A stretch of 64,000 nt of DNA from an uncultured archaeon (lineage in GTDB: Archaea > Nanobdellota > Nanobdellia > Pacearchaeales > GW2011-AR1), in contig CAWJRC010000004.1 in the NCBI GenBank assembly GCA_963845205.1, positions 185,724 to 249,723 on the forward strand, given 5' to 3'. This document shows, piece by piece, positions 27,344 to 39,424 of the stretch (the first letter of the stretch is position 1; every line of letters begins with the position of its first letter). The position numbers were made by a program, and so were the translations under genes. The notes under the pieces were generated by a model. That model saw only the letters and a program-made list of their open reading frames with translations. It was not told the DNA's origin and searched no databases.

Positions 27344-28774
27344 TCCAGTTGATCCTGCTGGCGGCTGCGGCTCTCTGGTTTGCACTTAGACATGCAAGTC
27401 TTTCGCGAGAAGGCGAACTGCTCAGTAACACGTAGCTAATCTACCCTTAAGTCAAGGATAACCTCGGGAAACTGAGGATAATACTTGATAAGAGATATAC
27501 CCTGGAAAGATTTATCTCATAAATTCGAGCTTAAGGATGAGGCTGCGGCGGATTAGGTTGTTGGCGGGGTAATAGCCCACCAAGCCTGTGATCCGTAAGG
27601 GCTCTTAGCGGAGAGGCCCTGAGAGGGAATCTGAGACACTATTCCCAGCCCTACGGGGTGCAGCAGGTAGGAATCTTTTGCAATGCGCGCAAGCGTGACA
27701 AAGCGAGCCAGAGTGCTTTTCAATTGAAAAGCTTTTGCTAAATCTAAAAAGTTTGGCGAATAAGGACTGGGTAAGACTAGTGCCAGCCGCCGCGGTAATC
27801 CTAGCGGTCCAAGTCGCAGCCATCATTATTGGGTCTAAAACATCCGTAGCTTGCTTAATAAGTTCCATGTGAAATCTTAACTCTTAAGGTTAAGGCGTGC
27901 AAGGAGTACTGTTAGGCTAGAGACTGGAAGACGTAAGAAGTATGTTCAAAGTAACGGTAAAATGTGTTAATCTTGGACAGACTAACAACAGCGAAGGCAT
28001 CTTACGAGGACAGTTCTGACAGTAAAGGATGAAGGCTAGGGGCGCGAAAGGGATTAGATACCCCTGTAGTCCTAGCAGTAAACACTGCGCACTAAACATT
28101 AGTACCTCCTCGAGAGGTATTGGTGCTGTAGGGAAGCCGAAGAGTGCGCTACCTGGGAAGTATAGCCGCAAGGCCGAAACTTAAAGGAATTGGCGGGGAG
28201 ACACTACAACGGGTGACGCGTGCGGTTCAATTAGATTCTACACCGTGAACCTCACCAGGACCGACAGCAGGATGAAGGTCAGTCTGAAGGGCTTACCTGA
28301 CACGCTGAGAGGAGTTGCATGGCCGACGTCAGCCTGTGCTGTGAAGTGACCTGTTAAATCAGGTAACAGGCAAGACCCACATGTATATTTACTATGTGTA
28401 CAATATACAGATCGCCTTAGTAATAAGGATGAAAGTGTGGGCTACGTTAGGTGAGTACGGCCTAAATGCCCTGGGCGACACGCGCGCGGCAATGGTGAAT
28501 ACAGTGAGACGCAACTCCGAAAGGAGGAGCCAATCCCATAAAGTTCATCTCAGTTCAGATTGAGGTTTGAAACCCAACCTCATGACGCTGGAATCCGTAG
28601 TAATCGTTTGTTAGCAGCGAACGGTGAATAGGTCCCTGTCTCTTGCACACACTGCCCGTCAAACCAACCGAGTTATGTTATGATGAAACGTTTCGACGGA
28701 GAATCTTAGCATGACAAGGTAGGTTAAGTCGTCACAAGGTATCTGTAGGGGAACCTGCAGATGGATCACCTCCT
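27344..28774 (+). rRNA. rrs: 16S rRNA (about 1.43 kb, short)
   Basis: 5' TCCAGTTGATCCTGCTGGCGG; GTGCCAGCCGCCGCGGTAA at 27780-27798; GGATTAGATACCCC; AAACTTAAAGGAATTGGCGGGG; GCACACACTGCCCGTCA; 3' GGATCACCTCCT. Confidence 0.95.
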
Positions 28775-28897
28775 ATATATTATTGATTTGATGATCTTGA
28801 ATTTACAGCGAGATTATTTCTACATACTATTCTATTTATCGTCGGAGAAAAAGAAAATAGAAAACATTAAAAATGATTACGGGCTAAAATATTTTAA

Positions 28898-28968
28898 GGG
28901 CCTGTAGTCCAACGGCAGAACACCTGTCTTGCACACAGGAGTTCCGGGTTCAATTCCCGGCAGGTCCA
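28898..28968 (+). tRNA. tRNA-Ala (UGC) in the 16S-23S spacer, no intron, no encoded CCA
   Basis: Cloverleaf folds by hand with acceptor GGGCCTG/CAGGTCC including G3:U70, anticodon loop CTTGCAC and T-arm CCGGGTTCAATTCCCGG. Confidence 0.95.
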
Positions 28969-29100
28969 TTTAATGAATTCTCGACGTAAAATTACAAATC
29001 ATATTCAACATAAAGTTGATAACTGACGACAAAGTCGTCAACATCGTCGGTGAGAGATGTAAAAATCTCTTATCGCTTCGAGAGTTAATACTCAATGAAA

Positions 29101-29113
29101 TAAGCACTGGAAA
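29101..29113 (+). other. 5' arm of outer 23S processing stem (pairs with 31992-32004)
   Basis: TAAGCACTGGAAA is the exact reverse complement of TTTCCAGTGCTTA at 31992-32004. A similar 16S stem pairs 27185-27194 (GTATGTAGAA) with 28818-28827 (TTCTACATAC). Confidence 0.6.
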
Positions 29114-29159
29114 TATCCCACTTAATTAAAATATTATTTGGAAAATTAAAACTTAGAAA

Positions 29160-31978
<2,819 letters not shown>

Positions 31979-32154
31979 TCTAAAAAAGATTTTTCCAGTG
32001 CTTATTTTGTTTTGATGTTTATGATTCTAAAAATTTATTGATTATCATTCTCAAGCTGAAGTTGTAATTGAGATACTTAGAAAATTATTTTCTAAAAAAC
32101 AATTAAGAAAAAATCACCAAAAAAAGACCTAGATATTTTTGGATACTCTTTTTT

Positions 32155-32325
32155 TTATTGAAATAAAGGAGATTTTGCAAAATAAAAACCTATTATTATT
32201 GAAACTATTGAAATAAAATAATCAGGAATAATGGGTTTATCTTGGAAGAAAAATATTTGAAAAAACAAACTAATCATAAAGAAAGCTATTATCATTACAG
32301 ATAAAATATGGGTTATACGATTCAT
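32155..32325 (-). CDS. 56-aa two-TM mini-protein (not in ORF track)
   Basis: My translation is MNRITHILSVMIIAFFMISLFFQIFFFQDKPIIPDYFISIVSIIIGFYFAKSPLFQ. A TATA-like AATAAATAG lies about 24 nt upstream. Confidence 0.35.
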   Translation of the reverse strand: MNRITHILSVMIIAFFMISLFFQIFFFQDKPIIPDYFISIVSIIIGFYFAKSPLFQ

Positions 32326-32342
32326 TAAATCTAATCTTAATT

Positions 32343-32522
32343 TCTATTTATTCTTTTCTTCTTTTTCTTTTTTCTTATGTTTTCCTGTCAACTCCCATTG
32401 GTTAATCAACATGCAAACAACAGCGCCGGCAACAAAATAAGGATTGACTAAAAAAGTCAGAGCGATACAAGCGAGGGCAATCAATGACAATATTACAACC
32501 AGCCAATTTACTTTTCTTTTCA
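32343..32522 (-). CDS. 59-aa two-TM mini-protein (not in ORF track)
   Basis: My translation is MKRKVNWLVVILSLIALACIALTFLVNPYFVAGAVVCMLINQWELTGKHKKKEKEEKNK. TTAAATATAA lies about 26 nt upstream. I prefer it to the overlapping 85-aa ORF in another frame. Confidence 0.4.
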
Positions 32523-32709
32523 TAAATTAAATAGAACTGAATTATATTTAAGTTTATTGACGAGAGATGAGAAAGGAGAGAAATCAATTTAATGAAAATA
32601 TTTTTCCTACAACATAGTCCGAATAATCTCAAATTAGCCGAATAGTTTTCCAAAAGCAAGATTCAAAGAAGGTGAACTTGTTGGAATTTGCGAGACAAAG
32701 GAACAATAA

Positions 32710-33009
32710 TTATCCCAGATAAGAATTCTTTTTTGATTCAGATTTAGATTCCTTAGGCATTTCTTTATTCTTCATTTCCTTTTTGTTTTTCTTGATAGTA
32801 TCCTCAATCATTTTCGGCAAACCTTCGAACGAGCTTTGAGGAAGAACGATTCTAGTTATCGCAGCCTGCCTTAACGAGTCTATAAAAACAAGCTCATTGA
32901 AAACTTCCTTTCTTATTTTTCCGTCTTCTCCCTTAACTGCCTTTGTTACTGTCGATATCACGACATCATGAGCAAAAAGAGGAACAGTATTACTTAAATT
33001 AAGATCCAT
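32710..33009 (-). CDS. hypothetical protein with K/E-rich tail
   Basis: 99-aa ORF. A weak resemblance to DUF3467-type proteins is unverified. Confidence 0.4.
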   Translation of the reverse strand: MDLNLSNTVPLFAHDVVISTVTKAVKGEDGKIRKEVFNELVFIDSLRQAAITRIVLPQSSFEGLPKMIEDTIKKNKKEMKNKEMPKESKSESKKNSYLG

Positions 33010-33033
33010 AAAATTTCAAAGAATGACTAATTT

Positions 33034-33330
33034 TTAATTCTTTCTGATTACCTTTCTTCTGAAAGCCCTCTTCAAAGTAAAGAAGAGGAGAAGCAAGCTT
33101 CCAACAATTAAAAATAAAATCGTCTGTATATAGTTCTCTAGATATATTGAATAAAGAGACAATGCAAATGAAATTAAAAGAACCAGGTCAAGGAACATGT
33201 AAAAAGTTCTCTTTATATTTCTTGAACGATATTCCTGCTTTTTCTCCAGAAAATTAAACTGCGCAGGAGTCATCTCCTTCATGTCCCCGTTAAGATTAAC
33301 CCTGTAAACTTTAGCACCCCTCTTTGCCAT
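33034..33330 (-). CDS. small membrane protein
   Basis: 98 aa with a basic N-terminal part followed by two TM helices. Confidence 0.5.
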   Translation of the reverse strand: MAKRGAKVYRVNLNGDMKEMTPAQFNFLEKKQEYRSRNIKRTFYMFLDLVLLISFALSLYSIYLENYIQTILFLIVGSLLLLFFTLKRAFRRKVIRKN

Positions 33331-33405
33331 TAGGTATTAAGAAAAAACAAGTATAAAAAGTTTGGCATAAAACAAAAAAAGAGAAATAAAACAAAAAAAG
33401 AAAAT

Positions 33406-33624
33406 TTATCTCTTTGATTTTTTCTTGCCGGTCATTCTTGCAATTTTATAGCATATCAATACAACTGCAGAGATACCAACGATATCATATATGATCCGGG
33501 ACATCATTGAATAATTCCCGAACAGATATGCAACGAGATCGAAATCAAAGAATCCGTAAAGACCCCAATTAAGTCCTCCAATTACAACTAAAATCCAAGC
33601 TATCCACTTAATTACGTATTTCAT
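33406..33624 (-). CDS. DUF378-family small membrane protein
   Basis: IGGLNWGLYGFFDFDLVAYLFG signature. Confidence 0.7.
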   Translation of the reverse strand: MKYVIKWIAWILVVIGGLNWGLYGFFDFDLVAYLFGNYSMMSRIIYDIVGISAVVLICYKIARMTGKKKSKR

Positions 33625-33684
33625 CTTAAACCCCCTTTTTATGTTTATATCAGGAAAATATTCTTTAAAAAAATTTGCTAAAGA

Positions 33685-33897
33685 CTATTTCTTATTAAAA
33701 ATTAAAAATTGCCCGATTGCAACTATTATAGCACATACACTAACAAGCAGATAAGCCCAAAGAGTCAATATGGATGTTGCTCCAAGAATAGTTGCGATTA
33801 TATCAAAATTGTATAATCCCAACAATCCCCAGTTAATACCTCCTATGATAAGAATGATCAGTGCAATGAAATAGATTACCTTTACTGCCGCATTCAT
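33685..33897 (-). CDS. DUF378-family small membrane protein (tandem paralog)
   Basis: IGGINWGLLGLYNFDIIATILG signature. Confidence 0.7.
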   Translation of the reverse strand: MNAAVKVIYFIALIILIIGGINWGLLGLYNFDIIATILGATSILTLWAYLLVSVCAIIVAIGQFLIFNKK

Positions 33898-34001
33898 TTT
33901 ATTCGCCTCCTTTTAATTTCAGGAAGCGTTTGGGATTTAAAAATTTTTACAAAAAGAAAAATTATATAAAAAAAATAAAAAAAATAAATCAGGAAATAAA
34001 A

Positions 34002-34343
34002 TTAATATCTTCTATTGTTATTAAAATTTCCTCTAGAACCACCGCCGAAGCCGCCTCTTGAATTACCACCGCCGAAGCTTCTTCTTGGTCTTTCTGGCCT
34101 TTCTTCCATTGGTCTTGCTTCAGAAACTTTGATCTGTCTTCCTTGTACGTCTTTGTCATTCATTTCTGAAATTGCTTTATTCGCAACTTCATCATCTGAA
34201 ATTGTAACGAAACCGAATCCCTTAGATCTTCCTGAAAACTTGTCTTTGATAAGAACTACTTCTTCAGGATTATAACCTGCGAAAAGCTCTTTCAAATCTT
34301 CTTCACTGACAGAAAAAGGCAAATTTCCTATATGTAACTTCAT
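34002..34343 (-). CDS. RRM-type RNA-binding protein with RGG/Gly-rich tail
   Basis: RNP2 LHIGNL, RNP1 KGFGFVTI, and C-terminal SFGGGNSRGGFGGGSRGNF. Confidence 0.85.
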   Translation of the reverse strand: MKLHIGNLPFSVSEEDLKELFAGYNPEEVVLIKDKFSGRSKGFGFVTISDDEVANKAISEMNDKDVQGRQIKVSEARPMEERPERPRRSFGGGNSRGGFGGGSRGNFNNNRRY

Positions 34344-34458
34344 TTTTTCCTCCTTACAATTTTATGATTAGAAAAGAATCCTAACTCCTGTACATTTAAT
34401 ATTCATGAATAAATCTAATAAAACATATTTTTAAAGGTTTGGATTATCCATAATATAG

Positions 34459-34734
34459 TTATAATCCGAAGTTCTCGATAAAATTCTCAATAATTTTGTA
34501 TTCCTGAAGAAAATCCTGCCCTTTTTTTGTCATGGAAAAACTTTTTTTATCTTTGTTATCAACATCAAGCTGCACAAATTTTTTTTCCAGTAATTCGGCC
34601 ATGTATTCCTTAAACATCTGAGGAGAAAGGTTTGAAGCATACAGAAGCCTAGTAGGCTTTATGCTTTTGTTTTCTTTAACTTTGTTAAGTATATCTCTTA
34701 TTACCTCCAATCGCTCACGTTTCTTTGTTGCCAT
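34459..34734 (-). CDS. winged-helix DNA-binding protein (HTH_45-like)
   Basis: RLEVIRDILNKV...KPTRLLYASNLSPQMFKEYMAELLEKKFV. Its start is 1 nt after the stop of the upstream membrane-protein gene. Confidence 0.6.
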   Translation of the reverse strand: MATKKRERLEVIRDILNKVKENKSIKPTRLLYASNLSPQMFKEYMAELLEKKFVQLDVDNKDKKSFSMTKKGQDFLQEYKIIENFIENFGL

Positions 34735-34735
34735 T

Positions 34736-35413
34736 TTATTTTTTTGTAGCTTTTATAACTCCGTACAAGAATAAAAGGAAAAAAAGGACATTGATGACCC
34801 CTATGCTGATTAGCATAAAGCGGTCCCAGTTAAAGTAGAATGCTGCAAGCAGATTAAGAATCCATGCAAGCAGGCTCATAAGCATCGCTATAAAATAAAA
34901 TTTTGGAAATTCATGCTTTCTGTTTTTCCGGTAATTCAAATAAGAAATTATTGAAGCATATATGAAAATAACTATCTGGGAAAGGAATAGGAAATAATAA
35001 CCCTGCAACAGATAATCCATCACTGCTAGTATTAAAGCAGCGATATGAAATATCAATATTTTTGAGTTGAATAGAGAGCTATAAGATTCCTTGGTTTCAA
35101 ATTTTTTCCAGACCAAGCTGTAAAAAAGGAAGAAACCTGCCATTATCAGGAAATATTCAAATGCTATTTCAATTATAGAAGCATAATTTATTGAGTAGTC
35201 AGAAAAAACTTCGTAAATGTATCTTGCAATAAATGCTATTCCGTAAAAGAAAAATGCATTCCTGAAATATCTTAATCCCTGATGCAAACTCAATCTGAAA
35301 TATTTGTCTGCCTTGAAAACTATTGCTATGCATATTGATGCGATTATAATTGAATAGAAAAATTCAAGCAGTAGCCTGTTTTCTATTATCAGCGAGTACA
35401 AATCCATGAACAT
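34736..35413 (-). CDS. polytopic membrane protein
   Basis: 225 aa with about 7 hydrophobic segments. No recognised motif. Confidence 0.5.
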   Translation of the reverse strand: MFMDLYSLIIENRLLLEFFYSIIIASICIAIVFKADKYFRLSLHQGLRYFRNAFFFYGIAFIARYIYEVFSDYSINYASIIEIAFEYFLIMAGFFLFYSLVWKKFETKESYSSLFNSKILIFHIAALILAVMDYLLQGYYFLFLSQIVIFIYASIISYLNYRKNRKHEFPKFYFIAMLMSLLAWILNLLAAFYFNWDRFMLISIGVINVLFFLLFLYGVIKATKK

Positions 35414-35561
35414 AAAATCCCTGCGCGCTATTTAAATTTTATGCAAAAGATGGATTACAACTATATATTTTTCTTTCTGACTCTTTATAAATAGATTTTT
35501 ACTGAGATAATTATAAAAAAGGTTTGATATATTCAACCGATTTTAATCTCATCAACCCCTC

Positions 35562-35587
35562 GGAAGTAAGGAGCAATCCTTACTTCC
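35562..35587. other. perfect 11-bp hairpin with GCAA tetraloop, followed on the + strand by T8
   Basis: GGAAGTAAGGA-GCAA-TCCTTACTTCC, with a T-run at 35596-35603. It lies just 3' of the tspO-like gene on the minus strand. Confidence 0.6.
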
Positions 35588-35601
35588 ACAACCTCTTTTT
35601 T

Positions 35602-36138
35602 TTATCCGAAAGCTATCAGATAATTTAATATCCCGGCAAATCCGACCCATAAAGAATACGGAACTAAAAGCCACGAAGATAATTTGCTTGATCTCCAAGT
35701 TATGTATATCATAAAGAGAATTGAAGCCCACAATAAAATCAGATCAAAAAATGCGTTTAACGGATCTTTCAGATAAAAAAAGATAAAGCTCCACAGAACA
35801 TTTAACAATAAATCAACCCCAAAAATTATTTCTATCTTTAACTTATCTTTCTTCTTTGAAGATGAAAGAGAAAAATACAGCGAGAGAAAAATCAGGAAAA
35901 ATAAGATATTCCATACAACAGGAAAAACCCAGTTCGGGGGAGTTATCAAGGGCTTTACTGAATTGTACCATTCGCTGTTTACAGCAGGTGAACTGAAAAT
36001 GCTGCCGACAAGAGCGACAAGATAAACGATAACAAAACTTCCAATCAAAAGTTTCCAGTTTATTTTCCTTTTATTCTTAACCTTCTTTTTCATAGATTTA
36101 TTAAGAAAAATATATTTAATAATTTGACGATTATTCAA
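35602..36138 (-). CDS. tspO: TspO/MBR-family tryptophan-rich membrane protein
   Basis: WYNSVKPLITPPNWVFPVVWNILFF signature and 5 TM segments. The start may be the internal Met at about 36093. Confidence 0.75.
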   Translation of the reverse strand: MNNRQIIKYIFLNKSMKKKVKNKRKINWKLLIGSFVIVYLVALVGSIFSSPAVNSEWYNSVKPLITPPNWVFPVVWNILFFLIFLSLYFSLSSSKKKDKLKIEIIFGVDLLLNVLWSFIFFYLKDPLNAFFDLILLWASILFMIYITWRSSKLSSWLLVPYSLWVGFAGILNYLIAFG

Positions 36139-37921
36139 CTGTTACGGATTTAGCAAGATTTCTTGGCTTGTCGACATCAAGACCCTTTAAGTCAGCAATA
36201 TGATAAGCAAGAAGCTGCAACGGGATTATGTTGAGTATCGGAGAAAGTTCTTCAATTGTTTCAGGAACTTCAATTATGTAATCAGAAAGTTTTGATGCTT
36301 CTGAATTTTTATTTAATACAGAAATTATTTTTCCTCCCCGTGATCTTATCTCCTGCATATTACTCAAGGTTTTTTGCAAAAGATGATTATTTGTAGCAAT
36401 AAAAACAACAGGCATTTCTTTATCAATTAAAGCAATCGGACCATGCTTCATCTCTGAAGATGGATATCCCTCTGCATGGATGTAAGAAATTTCCTTAAGC
36501 TTCAGGGCCCCTTCAAGAGCAACAGGAAAATTAATTCCTCTTCCGAAATATAAAAAATTTCTGCTGTCCTTGAAACCCTGAGCAAGATTTCTTATTTCTC
36601 CTGATTTTTTCAAGATCTGATCTATCTTTTCAGGAATAGAAATCAGTTCATCAATAATTTTCCGATCATAAATTATTCCTTTTTCCTGAGCGAGGTATAA
36701 TGAAAATAAGACAAGAGTGGTTACCTGCGAAGTGAATGCCTTTGTGCTTGCAACCCCTATCTCAGGGCCAGCATGAAGATAAATTCCCGAATCAACATCC
36801 CGTGAAATTGTAGAACCTACAATGTTTACAATCGCCATTGTTTTTGAGCCCTTTAATTTAGCTTCTCTTATTGCCCCCAATGTATCTGCTGTTTCTCCTG
36901 ACTGGGAAATTCCGATAACTAAATCACTTCCGTTTATCAAAGGAGTTCTATATCTGAATTCAGAAGCATAGTCGACCTCAACTGGTATTTGAGCAAATTT
37001 TTCTATAAGAAATTTTCCTATAAGAGCAGAATGCCAGCTTGTTCCGCATGCAATCAAGATTATTCTTTTAATTTCATCGGGCCTTAATTTCAGGGTGAGC
37101 TTTATTTTTTCATTTACCCTGCCCCTCATATTATTCCTGATTGCTAAGGGCTGTTCAAAAATTTCTTTAAGCATGAAATGCTTGAAATTTCCCCTTTCAA
37201 GCTGCTCAATTGTCCATTTTATTTCTTCAATTTTTTTGTCTACAAAATCACCGTTAAGATTTTTAATGCAAAAATTATTTTTTTCAAGAACAGCGATCTC
37301 ATTGTCTTTAAGATAAACAACCCTGTTCGTATACTCCAAAATTGCCGGAACATCAGAAGCAGCGAACATTTCCCCTTCTCCGACTCCGATTACTAATGGC
37401 GAGCCTCTTCTTGCAAGAATGATTTTTTCCTCATTTTTATGAATGACAGCTAAACCGAATGTACCTTCAATCAGATTCAGGGTTTTCACAACTGCTTCTT
37501 CCAGATTCCCTGAATAAAATTTCTCTATAAGATGCGCGATTATTTCGGAGTCTGTATCTGAAATTATTTTGTGACCTTCTGATTCAAGAATTTTTTTCAG
37601 TGACTCAAAATTTTCAACGATTCCGTTATGGACTATAGCTATGCTTTTTGTACAATCAGAATGTGGGTGCGAATTTTTTTCACTGGGCTTTCCGTGAGTC
37701 GCCCATCTTGTATGCCCGATGCCAATTTGCCCAAAAATATTTTTCAGATCAAAATATTTTTCAAATTCAGAAACCTTTCCTTCTTTTTTATGGGTGATCA
37801 GTTCATTGTTTAAAATACAGATTCCTGCACTGTCATATCCCCTGTATTCAAGCCTTTTCAGTCCGCTGATCAATACCGGGACAGCGTCTCTTTTTCCAAT
37901 GTACCCAACAATGCCGCACAT
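36131..37921 (-). CDS. glmS: glutamine--fructose-6-phosphate aminotransferase
   Basis: MCGIVGYIG N-terminal nucleophile (second Met of the ORF taken as start), two SIS domains, and the typical C-terminal KSVTVE. Confidence 0.95.
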   Translation of the reverse strand: MCGIVGYIGKRDAVPVLISGLKRLEYRGYDSAGICILNNELITHKKEGKVSEFEKYFDLKNIFGQIGIGHTRWATHGKPSEKNSHPHSDCTKSIAIVHNGIVENFESLKKILESEGHKIISDTDSEIIAHLIEKFYSGNLEEAVVKTLNLIEGTFGLAVIHKNEEKIILARRGSPLVIGVGEGEMFAASDVPAILEYTNRVVYLKDNEIAVLEKNNFCIKNLNGDFVDKKIEEIKWTIEQLERGNFKHFMLKEIFEQPLAIRNNMRGRVNEKIKLTLKLRPDEIKRIILIACGTSWHSALIGKFLIEKFAQIPVEVDYASEFRYRTPLINGSDLVIGISQSGETADTLGAIREAKLKGSKTMAIVNIVGSTISRDVDSGIYLHAGPEIGVASTKAFTSQVTTLVLFSLYLAQEKGIIYDRKIIDELISIPEKIDQILKKSGEIRNLAQGFKDSRNFLYFGRGINFPVALEGALKLKEISYIHAEGYPSSEMKHGPIALIDKEMPVVFIATNNHLLQKTLSNMQEIRSRGGKIISVLNKNSEASKLSDYIIEVPETIEELSPILNIIPLQLLAYHIADLKGLDVDKPRNLAKSVTVE

Positions 37922-38005
37922 CATTATAAGACTATGACCTCATTTAAATGCTGTATGTAGGATTGATATAGAAACTTTTAAAAGATAAGATCAAGTTAGA
38001 AATAT

Positions 38006-38334
38006 GTAAGTTGGGTAGTTAATTTTCGGGACTTTAACATTAGATTGTTAAGAAATAAATAATAATTTCTAAGTTCTGAGGAAGGTCCGCCCACCCGCAG
38101 GCAGATTTTGTCTGCGATAGGTCATCCGTGAAAATGGATTGTCGTAAGGCAAAGCTCTGTTACAGAAACGACACAGCTTTGGCGGAGTTATGAATCGTGA
38201 GAGGAACTGCGATGCCGAAGATTTGATGAAACGAACATCTTGACCGGTGCAAGTAGATGACTACGCATAGTGGAATATTAACAAGTTCGGTTCGAATACG
38301 ACGAACTACAGAAGGTGGCCTATTCCCAACTTAC
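38006..38334 (+). ncRNA. rnpB: RNase P RNA (archaeal)
   Basis: P1 pairs GTAAGTTGGG (38006-38015) with CCCAACTTAC (38325-38334). CR-I is GAGGAAGGTCCGCCC (38078-38092), and GTTACAGAAACGAC and CR-V ACTACAGAAGGTGGCCTA are present. P4 pairs AGG(T)CCGCC with GGTGGCCT, leaving a bulged U. Confidence 0.85.
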
Positions 38335-38387
38335 AATTTTTTCTAAACATTTAAAAGTTAACAATTTATTATTTTCTTAAAGCGTAA

Positions 38388-38459
38388 GGGGTCCTAGCTC
38401 AGCGGGAGAGCACTACGCTGAAGACGTAGGTGTCCCGGGTTCGACTCCCGGGGACCCCA
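38388..38459 (+). tRNA. tRNA-Phe (GAA), no intron, no encoded CCA
   Basis: Acceptor GGGGTCC/GGACCCC, anticodon stem-loop CTACG-CTGAAGA-CGTAG, T-arm CCGGGTTCGACTCCCGG. Confidence 0.95.
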
Positions 38460-38505
38460 TATTTATTTTGAAAAGATTTATAAAACTAAAAAATATAATT
38501 TAGAT

Positions 38506-38811
38506 ATGGCAAAGGAAAAGAGAGTGAAAGAACCAAGAGAATCAAAACCCAAAGGAAACTCTATGGGAGCCGCAGGATTCACTATAGGAATTTTAAGCAT
38601 TTTAACACTGGGAATTTTTGGTATAGTCATGTCTGTTATAGGATTTGGTCTGTGTTTCTTTCAACAAAAAAATAAACCAACAAAATTAGCAAAAGCAGGA
38701 CTAATTATTAATATTATCGGGCTTATTTTAAGTTTAATATGGATTTTTTATCTTGCACCTATATTAGCAAACTGGATGCAAAGCCATCTATCATCAATAC
38801 CGAGCGCATAA
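38506..38811 (+). CDS. small membrane protein (DUF4190-like)
   Basis: 101 aa with a basic N-terminus and hydrophobic GI-rich helices. Confidence 0.5.
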   Translation: MAKEKRVKEPRESKPKGNSMGAAGFTIGILSILTLGIFGIVMSVIGFGLCFFQQKNKPTKLAKAGLIINIIGLILSLIWIFYLAPILANWMQSHLSSIPSA

Positions 38812-38812
38812 A

Positions 38813-39388
38813 ATGAAAAATAATAAAGCACAGATGGAAATGTCTGTCGGGACAATTGTCACGATTGTTTTATTAGTAACCCTTCTTATTCTCGGCGTTG
38901 TTCTTGTAAAGAATATTTTTTCAAGTGCAACAAGCGTTGTAGATTTAACAAACCAGCAATTAACAAACCAGATAAGCCAATTATTTTCACAAGACAGCAA
39001 GACAGCAATCTATCCTGATACAAGACTGATTGTTATAAAACAGGACACAACAAACGGTGCAGGACTTGGAATCCAGAATCTTTTGCAGGGATCTCCAGGG
39101 GACACAACATTTTCTTATGTGGTTAATGTCTCTGACAGCGATTCAAGTTTACAATCAAAATGCGGAATTAATGGAGCAACCGCAGAAAACTGGATTGTTG
39201 CAGGAGGAGAAGAAGATAATATGGCGATTCCTTCAGGAGGAAGCGCAAGCCAAAAGATTTTATTCCAAATTCCGACAGGAGCTCCTTTATGCGTCGTAGG
39301 ATTCAATGTAAATGTTTACGACACTGTTAATGGAAGCTCGCCAACACCCTATGCAACAGACTACTTCGACTTGCAGATAACAGCGTAA
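38813..39388 (+). CDS. archaeal type IV pilin-like protein (class III signal peptide)
   Basis: MKNNKAQMEMSVGTIVTIVLLVTLLILGVVLV has a basic stretch, a KAQ-type cleavage context and a hydrophobic helix. A Thr/Ser/Gly-rich extracellular domain follows. Confidence 0.5.
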   Translation: MKNNKAQMEMSVGTIVTIVLLVTLLILGVVLVKNIFSSATSVVDLTNQQLTNQISQLFSQDSKTAIYPDTRLIVIKQDTTNGAGLGIQNLLQGSPGDTTFSYVVNVSDSDSSLQSKCGINGATAENWIVAGGEEDNMAIPSGGSASQKILFQIPTGAPLCVVGFNVNVYDTVNGSSPTPYATDYFDLQITA

Positions 39389-39424
39389 TAGTAAATTTAA
39401 AAATTAGAACTTCTTAATTACTTA

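Noticed and set aside
31984-32154. Possible 5S rRNA downstream of 23S
   Set aside because: The segment is very A/T-rich, has no 5S-like helices and contains only short palindromes such as TTAGAAAAT-T-ATTTTCTAA. It is more likely a processing or terminator region.
32402-32659. 85-aa minus-strand ORF
   Set aside because: Its Cys/Leu-rich sequence is odd and it runs through the likely promoter region. A different frame gives a cleaner 59-aa two-TM protein (32343..32522) with a TATA box 26 nt upstream.
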